Shown: positions 29,545 to 39,582, counted from the first letter of the stretch. The stretch is DNA of 64,000 bases from an uncultured Acidobacteriota bacterium (GCA_963755695.1 CAVWLB010000010.1:1002952-1066951), one strand, 5' to 3'. Made by a program: numbers and translations. The notes: generated from the letters alone by a model not told the origin.

Positions 29545-30232
29545 CCCGCGGAGGGGGCGCCTGTTCGTTGTCTCGGCGCCATCCGGTACCGGCAAGACGA
29601 CCGTGGTCGAGCGGCTCGTTCAGGTCGTCCCGGACCTGGTCATGTCCCGTTCTTACACTTCCAGGGCGATTCGGAAAGGGGAACGGGACGGCGTGGACTA
29701 TAATTTCATTACACGCGCACGGTTCGAGCAGCTCATCGCGGGGAACGCCTTCCTCGAGTGGGCCAACGTGTTCGGCAACCTCTACGGGACCTGCGCCGCC
29801 GACACCGAGTGCGAGCTGGCTGCCGGCCGGGACCTCGTGCTCGTGATCGACGTCCAGGGTGCCAGAAAGGTGCGGAGCCGCGGGCTCGAGACCGTGAGCA
29901 TCTTCGTGCTGCCTCCCTCCTTCGAAACGCTCGAGCGGCGGTTGCGCGGGCGCAGCAAGGACAGTGAAGAAGCCATTCGGCGCCGCCTGGCGACGGCGCG
30001 TGCCGAAATCGATGCTGTCGTGGCCTACGACTACGTGGTGGTGAACGACGAGCTCGAAGCGTGCGTCGATCGAATCCGGGCGATCGTGCTCGCTGAACGG
30101 GCACGTCTGCACTCGATGAATGCAGCGATCGCGGAAATCGTGAACTCGTTTGCAACCAGCGAACGAGCGGCGGCGAGTGAGGTACGTGATCCGCCTTCGC
30201 GCTTCGCGGCTCCGGCGGACAAGGCGGAGTGA
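29534..30232 (+). CDS. gmk: guanylate kinase
   Basis: FVVSAPSGTGKTT P-loop, TSRAIRKGERDGVDYNF and LEWANVFGNLYGT. About 30 aa of C-terminal extension. Confidence 0.9.
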   Translation: MSNDPRRGRLFVVSAPSGTGKTTVVERLVQVVPDLVMSRSYTSRAIRKGERDGVDYNFITRARFEQLIAGNAFLEWANVFGNLYGTCAADTECELAAGRDLVLVIDVQGARKVRSRGLETVSIFVLPPSFETLERRLRGRSKDSEEAIRRRLATARAEIDAVVAYDYVVVNDELEACVDRIRAIVLAERARLHSMNAAIAEIVNSFATSERAAASEVRDPPSRFAAPADKAE

Positions 30233-30336
30233 ACGGACATCCGCGAGCTAGCCGGGGTGCAGGGGTTTCCGGCGATCTAAGACGTGTAGGGGGGCGCGCG
30301 GGGCGAAGCCCCCGCTTGATATCGAAAGGAAATCGT

Positions 30337-30492
30337 GTGAACAAGTTCGAGTTCGTGATCGTGTCGGGTGCTCGCGCCAAGCAGCTGCTGAAGGGTTGCA
30401 CGCCGAAGACCACCGGCAGCGAGAAACCGGTGCGCTTGGCCATGAAGGAAGTCAAAGAGCAGAAGGTCGAGGCGCTCAAGCCGGCCGAATGA
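30337..30492 (+). CDS. rpoZ: RNA polymerase omega subunit (short form)
   Basis: NKFEFVIVSGARAKQLLKG matches the omega N-terminal helix motif. gmk-rpoZ synteny. GTG 30337 is preceded by AAAGGA. Confidence 0.65.
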   Translation: MNKFEFVIVSGARAKQLLKGCTPKTTGSEKPVRLAMKEVKEQKVEALKPAE

Positions 30493-30499
30493 GCCGCGC

Positions 30500-31714
30500 A
30501 TGCTGATTGCTCTCGGAGTCACCGGCGGGATCGGCGCCTACAAGGCGGTCGAGGTCGCGCGCGGGCTGCAGAAGCGCGGCCACGACGTCGCGGCGATCAT
30601 GACGCGCTCGGCGCGGCGATTCGTTGGTGAGGTGACTTTCGAAGCCATCACGCGGCGTCCGGTCATCACCGACCAGTTCGCGCGCGGCCTGAATGCCGAC
30701 ATCGAGCACATCGCGCTCGCGACCGACGCGTCGCTGCTGCTGGTCGCGCCGGCGACGGCGAACGTCATCGGCAAGTTCGCCAACGGCATTGCCGATGATT
30801 TCCTGACCTCGCTCTATCTCGCCACGCGCGCAGCGGTGCTGATGGCTCCGGCCATGAACACCAACATGCTCGATCATGCCGCCGTGCAGCAGAACCTGCA
30901 AACGCTTGCGTCTCGAGGCGTGCGGTTTGTCGAGCCGGGCGAAGGCTTCCTCGCCTGCGGATGGATTGGCAAGGGGCGCCTTGCCGAGCCCGAAGTCATC
31001 GTCGAGGCCGCCGAGCGCATGCTGCGGCCGTCAGGGTCGCTCCTGGGGCGGCGGATCGTGATTTCGGCCGGCCCCACGTTCGAGGACCTGGATCCGGTCC
31101 GCTTCATCGGCAATCGATCCAGCGGGCGCATGGGTTATGCGCTCGCGGCCGAGGCCGCGCGCCGCGGCGCGCACGTGGTGCTCGTATCGGGTCCGACGAG
31201 GCTCGATCCTCCTGCCGGTGTACTCGTCGAGCAGGTCCGGAGCGCGGCGCAGATGGCCAAGGCGATGACCCAACACGCGGCGGCAGCCGACGCGGTCATC
31301 ATGGCGGCTGCAGTCGCCGACTACACGCCAGAGCACCCTCTCGATTCGAAGCTGCCCAAGGGTGACGGACCGCTGCAGGTGACACTGGTCCGGACCCGCG
31401 ACATCCTGGCCGAACTCGGGCGTCAGCGGGGCGACGCGCCGTTACCCGTGCTGGTGGGCTTTGCCGCGGAGACTGGCGACCCGCGTCCGCGTGCCCGGCA
31501 GAAGCTGCACGCAAAGCAGGTGGACCTGATCGTCGCAAACGACGTCTCACGAGCGGACGCCGGCTTCGAGGTCGATACCAACGCAGCGATCTTGATCACC
31601 GCCGACGGCGAGGTCGAGACTCCGGTTCAGCTCAAGACCGAGCTCGCGTCGAGCATCGTCGATCGGATCGAACAACTGCTCTCCACGCGTGCGGCGGCGG
31701 CAAAGCAATCGTGA
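30500..31714 (+). CDS. coaBC: bifunctional phosphopantothenoylcysteine decarboxylase / phosphopantothenate-cysteine ligase
   Basis: GVTGGIGAYKA flavoprotein N-terminus, PAMNTNM, and the CoaB part ISAGPTFEDLDPVRFIGNRSSGRMG. Confidence 0.92.
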   Translation: MLIALGVTGGIGAYKAVEVARGLQKRGHDVAAIMTRSARRFVGEVTFEAITRRPVITDQFARGLNADIEHIALATDASLLLVAPATANVIGKFANGIADDFLTSLYLATRAAVLMAPAMNTNMLDHAAVQQNLQTLASRGVRFVEPGEGFLACGWIGKGRLAEPEVIVEAAERMLRPSGSLLGRRIVISAGPTFEDLDPVRFIGNRSSGRMGYALAAEAARRGAHVVLVSGPTRLDPPAGVLVEQVRSAAQMAKAMTQHAAAADAVIMAAAVADYTPEHPLDSKLPKGDGPLQVTLVRTRDILAELGRQRGDAPLPVLVGFAAETGDPRPRARQKLHAKQVDLIVANDVSRADAGFEVDTNAAILITADGEVETPVQLKTELASSIVDRIEQLLSTRAAAAKQS

Positions 31715-32508
31715 CCGATATCAACGGTCAGCTCGCCGAACATCTTCGCTTTTACGACGAACTGGGCGTGACCGGCATCAGCCGCGACGCGGCGTGGCGC
31801 AGGCGACAGGCAGCGGATCTACCGACGCCCGCCTCCGCCTCGGCCGACTCCTGCGTTCCGGCTCCGGCTGCGGATCAGCGGGACCACGCCGTCGATCGAA
31901 CTTCGGAGGCCCCGACACCTCTCGTCCAGATCGCCCGCTCGGCGCAGGAAATGCTCGACGCGATTCGCGCGGATATCGGTCCCAACTGTTCGCGTTGCAA
32001 GCTCCACACGCTCGGACGGCGACAGGTCGTGTTCGGTGTCGGCAATCCCGATGCGGACCTGATGTTCGTCGGGGAAGCCCCCGGTGGTGACGAGGACATC
32101 CAGGGGATACCCTTCGTCGGCCGCGCGGGGCAGCTCCTCACCAAGATGATCAACGCGATTCAGATCGAGCGTGATGATGTGTACATCGCGAATGTGATCA
32201 AGTGCCGGCCGCCGCAGAACCGCAATCCGGACCCGGACGAAGTCGAGACGTGCGAGCCGTTCCTCTTCCAGCAGATCGACGCGATCAAGCCGAAGGTGAT
32301 CGTCGCGCTGGGATCGTTTGCCGCCAAGACACTCCTTCGCACGCAGGATCCGATTTCGCGTCTGCGCGGGCGCATCTACGAGTTCCGGGGCGCGAAGTTG
32401 ATTCCGACATTCCATCCGGCGTTTCTGCTGCGCAGCCCCGATCGCAAGCGCGACGCGTGGGAAGATCTTAAGAAGGCGCGCGCTATCCTGCAGGACCGCG
32501 ACGAGTAG
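31711..32508 (+). CDS. uracil-DNA glycosylase, family 4
   Basis: CSRCKL, VFGVGNPDADLMFVGEAPGGDEDIQGIPFVGRAGQLL and HPAFLLR motifs. Confidence 0.88.
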   Translation: MTDINGQLAEHLRFYDELGVTGISRDAAWRRRQAADLPTPASASADSCVPAPAADQRDHAVDRTSEAPTPLVQIARSAQEMLDAIRADIGPNCSRCKLHTLGRRQVVFGVGNPDADLMFVGEAPGGDEDIQGIPFVGRAGQLLTKMINAIQIERDDVYIANVIKCRPPQNRNPDPDEVETCEPFLFQQIDAIKPKVIVALGSFAAKTLLRTQDPISRLRGRIYEFRGAKLIPTFHPAFLLRSPDRKRDAWEDLKKARAILQDRDE

Positions 32509-32512
32509 CCCT

Positions 32513-35075
32513 ATGTCCGCGACGAGCGGAGCGGGGCCTTGGGTCCCCGCGAGCGACGAGCCTGGCGGCGTGCAGGGGTCCCCGCCGTTCAAGAAAGTGT
32601 CGGTGGCCGTACCGGTGCCCGGCCTCGGGCCGCTGACTTACAGCGTACCAGACGGCATGCCGGCCCCCCTCGTCGGCGCGCGCGTGCTGGTCCCGCTCGG
32701 CACCCGCACGGTGACCGGAATCTGTCTGGGGTCAGACCCCGTGGGTCTGACCCCAATGGAGACCCGGGGGGGTCAGACCCACGGGGTCTGACCCCAACCG
32801 ACAGCCCGAGTCCGACCCCAAAGCCAGCGCGACCCGCCACGTGGTCGATGTTCTCGACGACGCCCCTTTTCTGCCCGCTGACGTAGTCAACCTGGCCGTT
32901 TGGGTCGCCGAGTACTACGCGTGCGGCGTCGGCGAGGCAATCGCGACGGCCATGCCACCGCACGCATGGATCGAGACCGAACGCCATGCTCGGATCACGG
33001 AGTTGGGTGAGGCACGGCTGCTCACTGAGCGAGGGCTCCGGCGCGAGGTGCTCGAGAGGCTCGTCGGTGGGCGCATTGTTTCGGTCGAAGCGCTCTCGAA
33101 GAAATCCCGCGGCGCCCAGGGCGCGCTGCAGACACTGGCGCAGGACGGCCTGATCACCCTGACCCGGCCGCTCACCGGACGCGCGGATGCGTCGCGCACG
33201 GTGCGCGTCGCCGTGCTGACCGCGCAGGGGAACGAGAGCCTCGGTGAACGTCCACGTCTGGGACCGCGACAGCGGACCGCGCTGGATCTCCTGCGCGGCG
33301 TTCCCGACGGCCTGCTGGTCAGCGAGCTCTCCGAGCGCGGCATTCCCAGTGCCTCGGTAGAAGGCCTCGTCCGACTGGGGCTGGTCACCATTGAACGGCG
33401 CCGCATCGTGCGCGATCCATTCGACGGCGATTCACACACGTCACCGGCCCGGCCAGCGATCGTGCAGTTGACCGCCGAGCAGGAATCGGCCTTGGCGCGT
33501 CTCTGCGATCTTTCAACGCGCGGCTGCTTCGAAACCGCGCTGTTGCATGGGGTAACCGGCAGCGGAAAGACCGAGATCTATCTGCGTCTCGCGAAGCAGG
33601 CGCAGGCGGGCGGCCGCGGCGTATTACTGATGGTGCCAGAGATTGCATTGACGCCGGCCGCCGCCGCGATCTTCCGCGCCGCCTTCGGCCCGCGCGTCGC
33701 AATTCAACACAGTGGACTCTCCGACGGCGAACGCTACGATCAGTGGCAACGCATCAGGCGCGGGGAGGTCGACGTTGTCGTCGGCACGCGAAGCGCCGTC
33801 TTCACGCCGCTCGCCGATCTCGGGTTGATCGTCGTGGACGAAGAGCACGACGGATCGTACAAGCAGGAAGAAAGCCCCCGCTATAACGGACGCGACGTGG
33901 CGGTCGTGCGTGCGCGCGCCGCGAACGCGCTGGTCGTGCTCGGCTCGGCAACGCCGTCGCTCGAGAGCTACTTCAACGCGCGGAACGGCCGGTACGCGCT
34001 CGTCGCTCTCGAGCGGCGGGTGTTGGATCGCCCCCTGGCCAACGTCATCATCGTCGATATGCGCGCGGAGTACGCCACGGAAGGACCTGACGTCGTGTTG
34101 AGCCGTACGCTGCGGGAGGCGCTCGCCAGCCGGCTCCAACGCCGCGAACAGTCGATCGTGCTGTTGAATCGTCGAGGATTTGCGACCGCCGTGTTCTGCC
34201 GTGAATGCGGGGACACCTTCGAGTGTCCGAACTGCAGCGTCTCGTTGACGGTGCACAAGGCCGCCGGCCGCGCGCGCTGCCATTACTGCAATTACTCTCT
34301 GGCGCTGCCGAAGGTCTGCGCGAAATGCGCCGGCCCGTATCTCGAGCAGCTTGGTTTCGGAACCGAGCGGATCGAACAGGAGATTCGGGATCTGTTTCCC
34401 CGGGCACGTGTCGGCCGGGTCGACCGCGACACCATCCGTCGCCGCGGCGCGATCGCGGCGCTGCTTGGCCGTTTTGCGGCAGGGGAGATCGATGTCCTCG
34501 TCGGTACGCAAATGATTGCCAAAGGGCACGACTTTCCACGCGTCACGCTCGTGGGGGTGGTCAGCGCCGATGTTGGCTTGGGCCTCGCCGACTTCCGGGC
34601 GGCGGAGCGTACGTTCCAGTTGCTGACGCAGGTCGCAGGACGCGCCGGACGGGGTGAAATGGCCGGCGAGGCGATCGTCCAGACACTTCATCCGAATCAC
34701 TACAGCATCCGTCACGCGTGCCGGCAGGACTACGCATCGTTCTACGCAGACGAACTCCACTTCCGCCAATCGATGCGGTATCCGCCGTCGGTCGCGCTGA
34801 TCAACGTCATTGTCAAGGGAAAGTCGCGCGCCGAAGCCATGGAGGATGCCGGCGGGATTGCAGCGGCATTGCGGCTGCCCGGTATCGACGCTTACAGGAT
34901 TCTCGGCCCCGCGCCCGCGCCCCTCGGCCGGTTGAAAGGGGAGCACCGCTCGCAGCTGTTCATCAAGGGCACCCATCGCAAGACCATGCGGCAGGCCGTG
35001 CGGACAGTGCTCGACTCTCATCCGGAGCTCAAACGGCGAACCATCGTCGACGTCGATCCGATGTCGGTGCTCTGA
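32513..35075 (+). CDS. priA: primosomal helicase PriA, frame broken once inside an embedded hairpin repeat
   Basis: N-terminal VAVPVPGLGPLTYSVP...VLVPLGTRTVTGICLG is in ORF 32513..32791. The remainder is in ORF 32841..35075: VLDDAPFLP..., Walker A GVTGSGKTE, DEEHD, and the Cys cluster CRECGDTFECPNC...CHYC...CAKC. The frames join if the G7 run at 32766-32772 is read as G6. Confidence 0.85.
32728..32795. repeat. two tandem GGGTCAGACCC/GGGTCTGACCC hairpins inside priA
   Basis: ggggtcagacccc-gt-gggtctgacccc at 32728-32754 and gggggggtcagaccc-ac-ggggtctgacccc at 32766-32795. Confidence 0.85.
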
Positions 35076-35280
35076 CGCGGAATTCAGCCTTCGGCCATCG
35101 GGCTTCGGGCTCCGGGAAGACGCGCTCAATGGGGTTCCTACATTTTTGTTGTACCGATTCGTCATCGCGACAAATCTGTCCAACCGACCGCCGACTCGGC
35201 AGGAGTGTAGAGGGGGCGGACGCTTTCCGCCCGCGGTGGGTCGCCGGGCCGATCCGACCGAAGTGTTCGTTTGATGAGAC

Positions 35281-35302
35281 CGATCGACAAAAATGTCGAT
35301 CG
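35281..35302. promoter_or_regulatory. perfect 9-4-9 palindrome upstream of amt (candidate regulator/enhancer site)
   Basis: CGATCGACA-aaaa-TGTCGATCG, about 50 nt upstream of the sigma54-like element. Confidence 0.35.
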
Positions 35303-35340
35303 CCCGATCCGATTTCCCGCCTAGATCCGCCGATTTTCCG

Positions 35341-35356
35341 TGGCGGCGCTGTTGCT
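35341..35356 (+). promoter_or_regulatory. candidate sigma54 (-24/-12) promoter of amt
   Basis: TGGCggcgctgTTGCt has the GG and GC dinucleotides at the canonical spacing of TGGCAC-N5-TTGCW. It lies 58 nt upstream of the amt ATG. Confidence 0.5.
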
Positions 35357-35413
35357 CATTCGAACCGCGATGTCTTTTCCGGCAAATGGCCGTTCGCATG
35401 TGAGGAGTTGTCG

Positions 35414-36697
35414 ATGAATCAGGCAGATACCGCATGGATGCTCGTGTCTACCGCGCTCGTGTTGCTCATGACTCCGGCGCTGGCGTTCTTCTACGGCGGC
35501 CTCGTCCGGCCGAAGAACGCGCTCAATACGATGATGATGAGTTTCATCTCATTGGGCTTCGTCTGTGTCGCGTGGGCGGTGGTTGGCTATTCTCTGGCGT
35601 TCGCCCCCGGAAATGCGCTGATCGGGGATCTCTCGCGCTTCTTACTGCACGGCGTCGGCCTCGACCCGAACGGCACCATCCCGCATCTGCTCTTCATGTG
35701 CTATCAGGCGACGTTCTGCATCATCACGGCGGCGCTCATCTCCGGGGCGGTCGTCGAGCGCATGCGATTTCCGGCCTACATCGCCTTCATTACACTGTGG
35801 TCGATCCTCGTCTACGCGCCGATCGCGCACTGGGTCTGGGGTGGCGGCTGGCTGGCGAAGCTGGGGGCGCTTGATTTCGCCGGCGGCACGGTCGTTCACG
35901 TGAACGCCGGGGTTGCGGCGCTGGTGGCGGCAATGGTGGTCGGGAAGCGGCGCGACTATCAGTCGGCTTCGCTCCTGCCGCACAACGTGCCGTTCACGCT
36001 GCTCGGCGCGGGCCTGCTCTGGTTCGGATGGTTTGGTTTCAACGCGGGAAGCGCCCTCGCGGCGAACGGCATCGCCGCCCTGGCCTTCACCAGCACGATG
36101 CTGGCCCCGGCGGGCACGCTGGTCGTCTGGACGCTGCTCGACCTGGCCCGCTCGCGCCGGTCGACCGCGGTCGGCGCCGCGACCGCCATCGTCGTCGGCC
36201 TCGTCGCCGTGACCCCCGCGGCAGGATTCGTCGGGCCGATGAGCGCGATTGTGCTCGGCGCCGTCGCGGCGCTTCCCAGCTATGCGGGCCTCCTCATCCG
36301 CGCGCGCACGTCGCTCGACGATTCACTCGATGTCGTCGCCGCACACGGCCTTGGCGGTACCGTGGGCGCGTTGCTCACGGGTGTGTTCGCGCAGAAGGCG
36401 CTCAATGGCGTTGCCGACGGCGCGCTGTTTGGAAATCCCTCGCAGCTCCTGATCCAGGGGCTGGCGGTGCTCGCCACCATCGCGTACAGCGGCGCCCTCA
36501 GCTTCGTCCTGCTGAAGGCGATCGGTCTGGTCACGCCGCTGCGCGCTGGGGTCAACGAGGAGAGTGCCGGGCTGGATGTCACCCAGCACGGTGAGGAAGC
36601 TTACGTGCATGCGGGCGGTTCGACCGAACTTCCCGCCGCGGCGATCGACGTGCCGGCAGGGAGCGTCGTCGCCGCGCCATCTCCGGCGGTCTCTTAG
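35414..36697 (+). CDS. amt: ammonium transporter
   Basis: DTAWMLVSTALVLLMTPALAFFYGGL, DFAGGTVVHVNAG and FGWFGFNAGS motifs. ATG 35414 is preceded by GAGGAG. Confidence 0.92.
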   Translation: MNQADTAWMLVSTALVLLMTPALAFFYGGLVRPKNALNTMMMSFISLGFVCVAWAVVGYSLAFAPGNALIGDLSRFLLHGVGLDPNGTIPHLLFMCYQATFCIITAALISGAVVERMRFPAYIAFITLWSILVYAPIAHWVWGGGWLAKLGALDFAGGTVVHVNAGVAALVAAMVVGKRRDYQSASLLPHNVPFTLLGAGLLWFGWFGFNAGSALAANGIAALAFTSTMLAPAGTLVVWTLLDLARSRRSTAVGAATAIVVGLVAVTPAAGFVGPMSAIVLGAVAALPSYAGLLIRARTSLDDSLDVVAAHGLGGTVGALLTGVFAQKALNGVADGALFGNPSQLLIQGLAVLATIAYSGALSFVLLKAIGLVTPLRAGVNEESAGLDVTQHGEEAYVHAGGSTELPAAAIDVPAGSVVAAPSPAVS

Positions 36698-36706
36698 GCC
36701 GGAACC

Positions 36707-36754
36707 GCGCGGTCCGGGGCTGGGACTCCTCCCCAGCCTCCGGACCGCGCTTTT
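36707..36754 (+). terminator. rho-independent terminator after amt
   Basis: GCGCGGTCCGG...CCGGACCGCGC long stem with an inner GGGCTGGGA/TCCCCAGCC pairing, followed by TTTT (36751-36754). A second GC hairpin lies at 36761-36783. Confidence 0.7.
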
Positions 36755-36797
36755 CGATATCGGCGGGGCCTCACGCCCCGCCGCACTCACCTCTGAT

Positions 36798-38269
36798 ATG
36801 GAACGACCTGTCAAATACTCCGATTCTCTGTAAGAGCCCAGAGAGCAGCATCGAAGGCGATCGAGGCAGCTATCGCGACGGTTGATCACTCTGATATTCG
36901 CGGGTCGAGCCGCATAATCGTGATCCGTCGGGAGCTACCTCGGACTAAACGCGCGGGTCGCTGTCACCGCCTAGAGGTGTCGAGGGTTCTCCTTTCCGTG
37001 TGCCCCTCGATCGCCATCGTTGCCGCCCGCTCGAGTTCGGTCGGTCCATTACGCGGCGTCCGCGGACGACATCTGCCGATGCTCGCGCTCCACGGTGACG
37101 CCGATCGCCCAGATGAAACCCAGGAGCTCCCGGCCGACCGCGGTCACGACCTGCGGGTGGCACTTGCCACGACCCAACAGCGCTCGGTAGCGCGCGTGCA
37201 GCCGCAGTTGCGCTTTCCACCCGATCGCCTTGACGGCCTCACTCAGCGTCGCTTGGCGTTTCCGGAGCACGCCGCCGCAGGCCGGCCGGTGCCGATACGC
37301 CCACGCACTCTCAATCGTGATCCGTCGCAGGTGCGCGTTCCCGACCTTGGTAATGCCCCCCCGCCGGATGGACCGCCCGCTGGAGTGCTCGCGCGCGCCC
37401 AGCCCGGCATAGCCCATCAGCTGCCGGGCCCGGCGGAAGCGGGACAAGTCGCCGACTTCCGCGACGATGGTGACCGCCGCGGTCTGGGCAATCCCGCGCA
37501 GCGCCTGCAGCGCCTCAATCACCGCTCGCATCGCCGCGGGGCCGGCTTTGACCGCGGCCTCGATCGCGCGATCGAGCTGCGCGATCCGTTCGGCCATGTG
37601 CTCGACTTCGTGCACGTAGTCCAGTCGCGTCGCCTCCTGCGCCGGTTGCTCAAACCGCACCTGGCCGACCCACCGGAGGTGACGCTGGGTCCACGGCGTC
37701 ATCTTCGTCGCCGGACGACGCCCGTGCCGCAGCAGAAATTTGCCCAGTCGATGGCGCGCCCGCAACTGGTCTTTCTTCGCCGCCTCCCGCGCACGCACGA
37801 GATCGCGCAGCGCTTCGTGCGCGGCATCGGGCACCCACACCGGCGTCAGATCACCGGCGCGATAGCACCGCGCCAGTTTCGTCGCATCCCGCCGGTCCGT
37901 CTTGACGCGATCGCCCGCCTTGACCGGCACCAGCGTCGGGGCGACGACCTCGCAGCGCACCCCGAGCTGCGTTAGCTGCCAATACAGGCCATATCCGGTG
38001 GGACCCGCTTCGTAACACACCCGCAACGACTCCGCGGGACCGAGGGTATTCATCAATTTCCGCATGGATTCCGGGTGATTGGGAATCACCCCAGCGATCG
38101 GACCTCCCCGGTTGGTTCCGCAACCGCGATCGCAATCGTCTCCGCATGGACATCCAAGCCTATAAATCGTACCTTCGCCATGACCGGCTCCCTTCGCATG
38201 TGGCTCTGCGCTTGAGCCTTCCAACTCGCAGCGTAATCCACGAGCTGCGCTCGGAGCTGGTCGTTCCAT
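36798..38269 (-). mobile_element. IS110-family insertion sequence (about 1.47 kb)
   Basis: 11-bp perfect terminal inverted repeat ATGGAACGACC (36798-36808) / GGTCGTTCCAT (38259-38269). Flanked by tctgat (36792-36797) and tctgac (38270-38275) as a possible duplication. Carries an IS110-type transposase. Confidence 0.75.
37049..38181 (-). CDS. IS110-family transposase, frame broken once at 38089-38092
   Basis: The true N-terminus MAKVRFIGLDVHAETIAIAVAEPTGEVRSLG (ATG 38181) is one frame off from the 406-aa ORF, which carries VIPNHPESMRKLMNTLGP...YEAGPTGYGLY...KTDRRDATKLA. The frames join if the G4 run (minus strand) is read as G5. Confidence 0.8.
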
Positions 38270-38274
38270 TCTGA

Positions 38275-39228
38275 CTAAAACGAGAATGGCGCCGGCGTGA
38301 AGCAGACGATCAGGATGAGGAGCGCGAGTACCGCGATGGCGACTCGCTGAGTGCCGAGCGGTTCGTATTCGTTTCTGACCGGAGGATGTTCACGTCCCAC
38401 CACCTTCAGCATTATCAGCATCATCGCGGCAAGCACCAGCCAGACGCTGACTGACACGAAGACGACGAGGCCGATGACGGCGGTGAAGGTAATCATCGAG
38501 ATCATCGACGACTTCCGCCCGAACAATGCATAAGTGACGTGCCCGCCATCGAGCTGCCCGAACGGTAACAGATTGAGCGCCGTCGCGAGCATGCCAAACC
38601 ACGCGGCAAAGACCATCGGGTGAATGTTCAGCGTTTCAGCACCGGGAATCGTCCCGAACATGAGATGCGCGGCAAGCTTGAACAGGAGCGGCTCGCCCAG
38701 CCACGCCGTTGGCCCTTCCGGCGCGTGCACCACGGTTGACATCGCCAGCCCCACGAACAGGGCCGGCACCAGCACCACAAATCCTGCAATCGGTCCCGCC
38801 ACGCCGATGTCGAACAGCACGGCGCGACTGGGAAATTGCTCGCGGATTCGGATCACCGCCCCGAGCGTGCCGGTCGGTGGAAGCGGGAGTGGAAGGAAGT
38901 AGGGCAACGACGCATCGACTCGATAGATGCGACAGGCGAGATAGTGTCCCATCTCGTGCGCGCCAAGGATCGCAATGATCGTCCCGCTATACCAGAGCCC
39001 GCTCGTCAGAAAAGCGCGCAGGTCCAGGTGCGGGTCGACGCGTCCGAAGTTCGAGACGAATGAAAGATAATGGAGGCCGCCGATGGCGGTCGTCGTCAGA
39101 ACCGTGGCAACGAAGAGCAGCGTGTGCAGCCACCACCGGTTCTGAAACCGTCGCGGGGGCGCGTAGACGGGCTCGAACGGCTCGGAGGAATAGCCAGCCC
39201 GGGGAAACCGGAAATCGCCGTCGGCCAT
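38275..39228 (-). CDS. M50-family (site-2 protease-like) membrane metalloprotease
   Basis: HEMGHYLACR HExxH in a TM helix, an LNLLPFGQLDGGH second motif, and multiple TM segments. Confidence 0.85.
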   Translation of the reverse strand: MADGDFRFPRAGYSSEPFEPVYAPPRRFQNRWWLHTLLFVATVLTTTAIGGLHYLSFVSNFGRVDPHLDLRAFLTSGLWYSGTIIAILGAHEMGHYLACRIYRVDASLPYFLPLPLPPTGTLGAVIRIREQFPSRAVLFDIGVAGPIAGFVVLVPALFVGLAMSTVVHAPEGPTAWLGEPLLFKLAAHLMFGTIPGAETLNIHPMVFAAWFGMLATALNLLPFGQLDGGHVTYALFGRKSSMISMITFTAVIGLVVFVSVSVWLVLAAMMLIMLKVVGREHPPVRNEYEPLGTQRVAIAVLALLILIVCFTPAPFSF

Positions 39229-39500
39229 CAGCCCCCGATGTTCTGGAGGTCCTTGCCCGGCTTGAAGCGGATGGTGCGCCCCGGCGGGATTCGCACTTCC
39301 TTACCGGTCCGGGGATTACGGCCGATGCCGCGCTTACGGGGCTTCACCTGGAACACGCCAAAGCCACGCAGCTCGATTCGCTCGCCACGCTGCATCGACA
39401 AGCGCATCGCCTCGAACACAGCATCGACAGCCACCTCGGCCTTGACCTTGGTGATATCGGCGACACGCGACACCTCATTGACGATGTCGACCTTGATCAT
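39228..39500 (-). CDS. HU/IHF-family DNA-binding protein
   Basis: IELRGFGVFQVKPRKRGIGRNPRTGKEVRIPPGRTIRFKPG beta-arm motif. ATG 39500 is preceded by AGGAG. Its stop overlaps the M50 start (TGATG). Confidence 0.88.
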   Translation of the reverse strand: MIKVDIVNEVSRVADITKVKAEVAVDAVFEAMRLSMQRGERIELRGFGVFQVKPRKRGIGRNPRTGKEVRIPPGRTIRFKPGKDLQNIGG

Positions 39501-39582
39501 GCTTAGGCGCTCCTGGGGAAGTCTAACTAGCATATCTACTGTTATTTACACTGTCAATACTGGAGCTAACTGAATTTCTGAC

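Noticed and set aside
34718-35413. 232-codon N-terminal extension of the amt ORF (ORF 34718..36697)
   Set aside because: It overlaps the priA 3-prime end and the regulatory region. The conserved Amt sequence begins at ATG 35414, which has a GAGGAG RBS.
33624-35435. 603-aa ORF antisense to priA
   Set aside because: It lies opposite a gene with clear helicase and zinc-finger motifs, and it has no motifs of its own.
36920-37975. 351-aa plus-strand ORF inside the IS element
   Set aside because: It is antisense to the IS110 transposase, which has clear family motifs. No second IS gene is expected.
38085-38095. Programmed ribosomal frameshift in the IS110 transposase
   Set aside because: Programmed -1 frameshifting is known for the IS1/IS3 families, not IS110. 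There is no slippery heptamer or downstream structure, and the window contains many similar single-base breaks.
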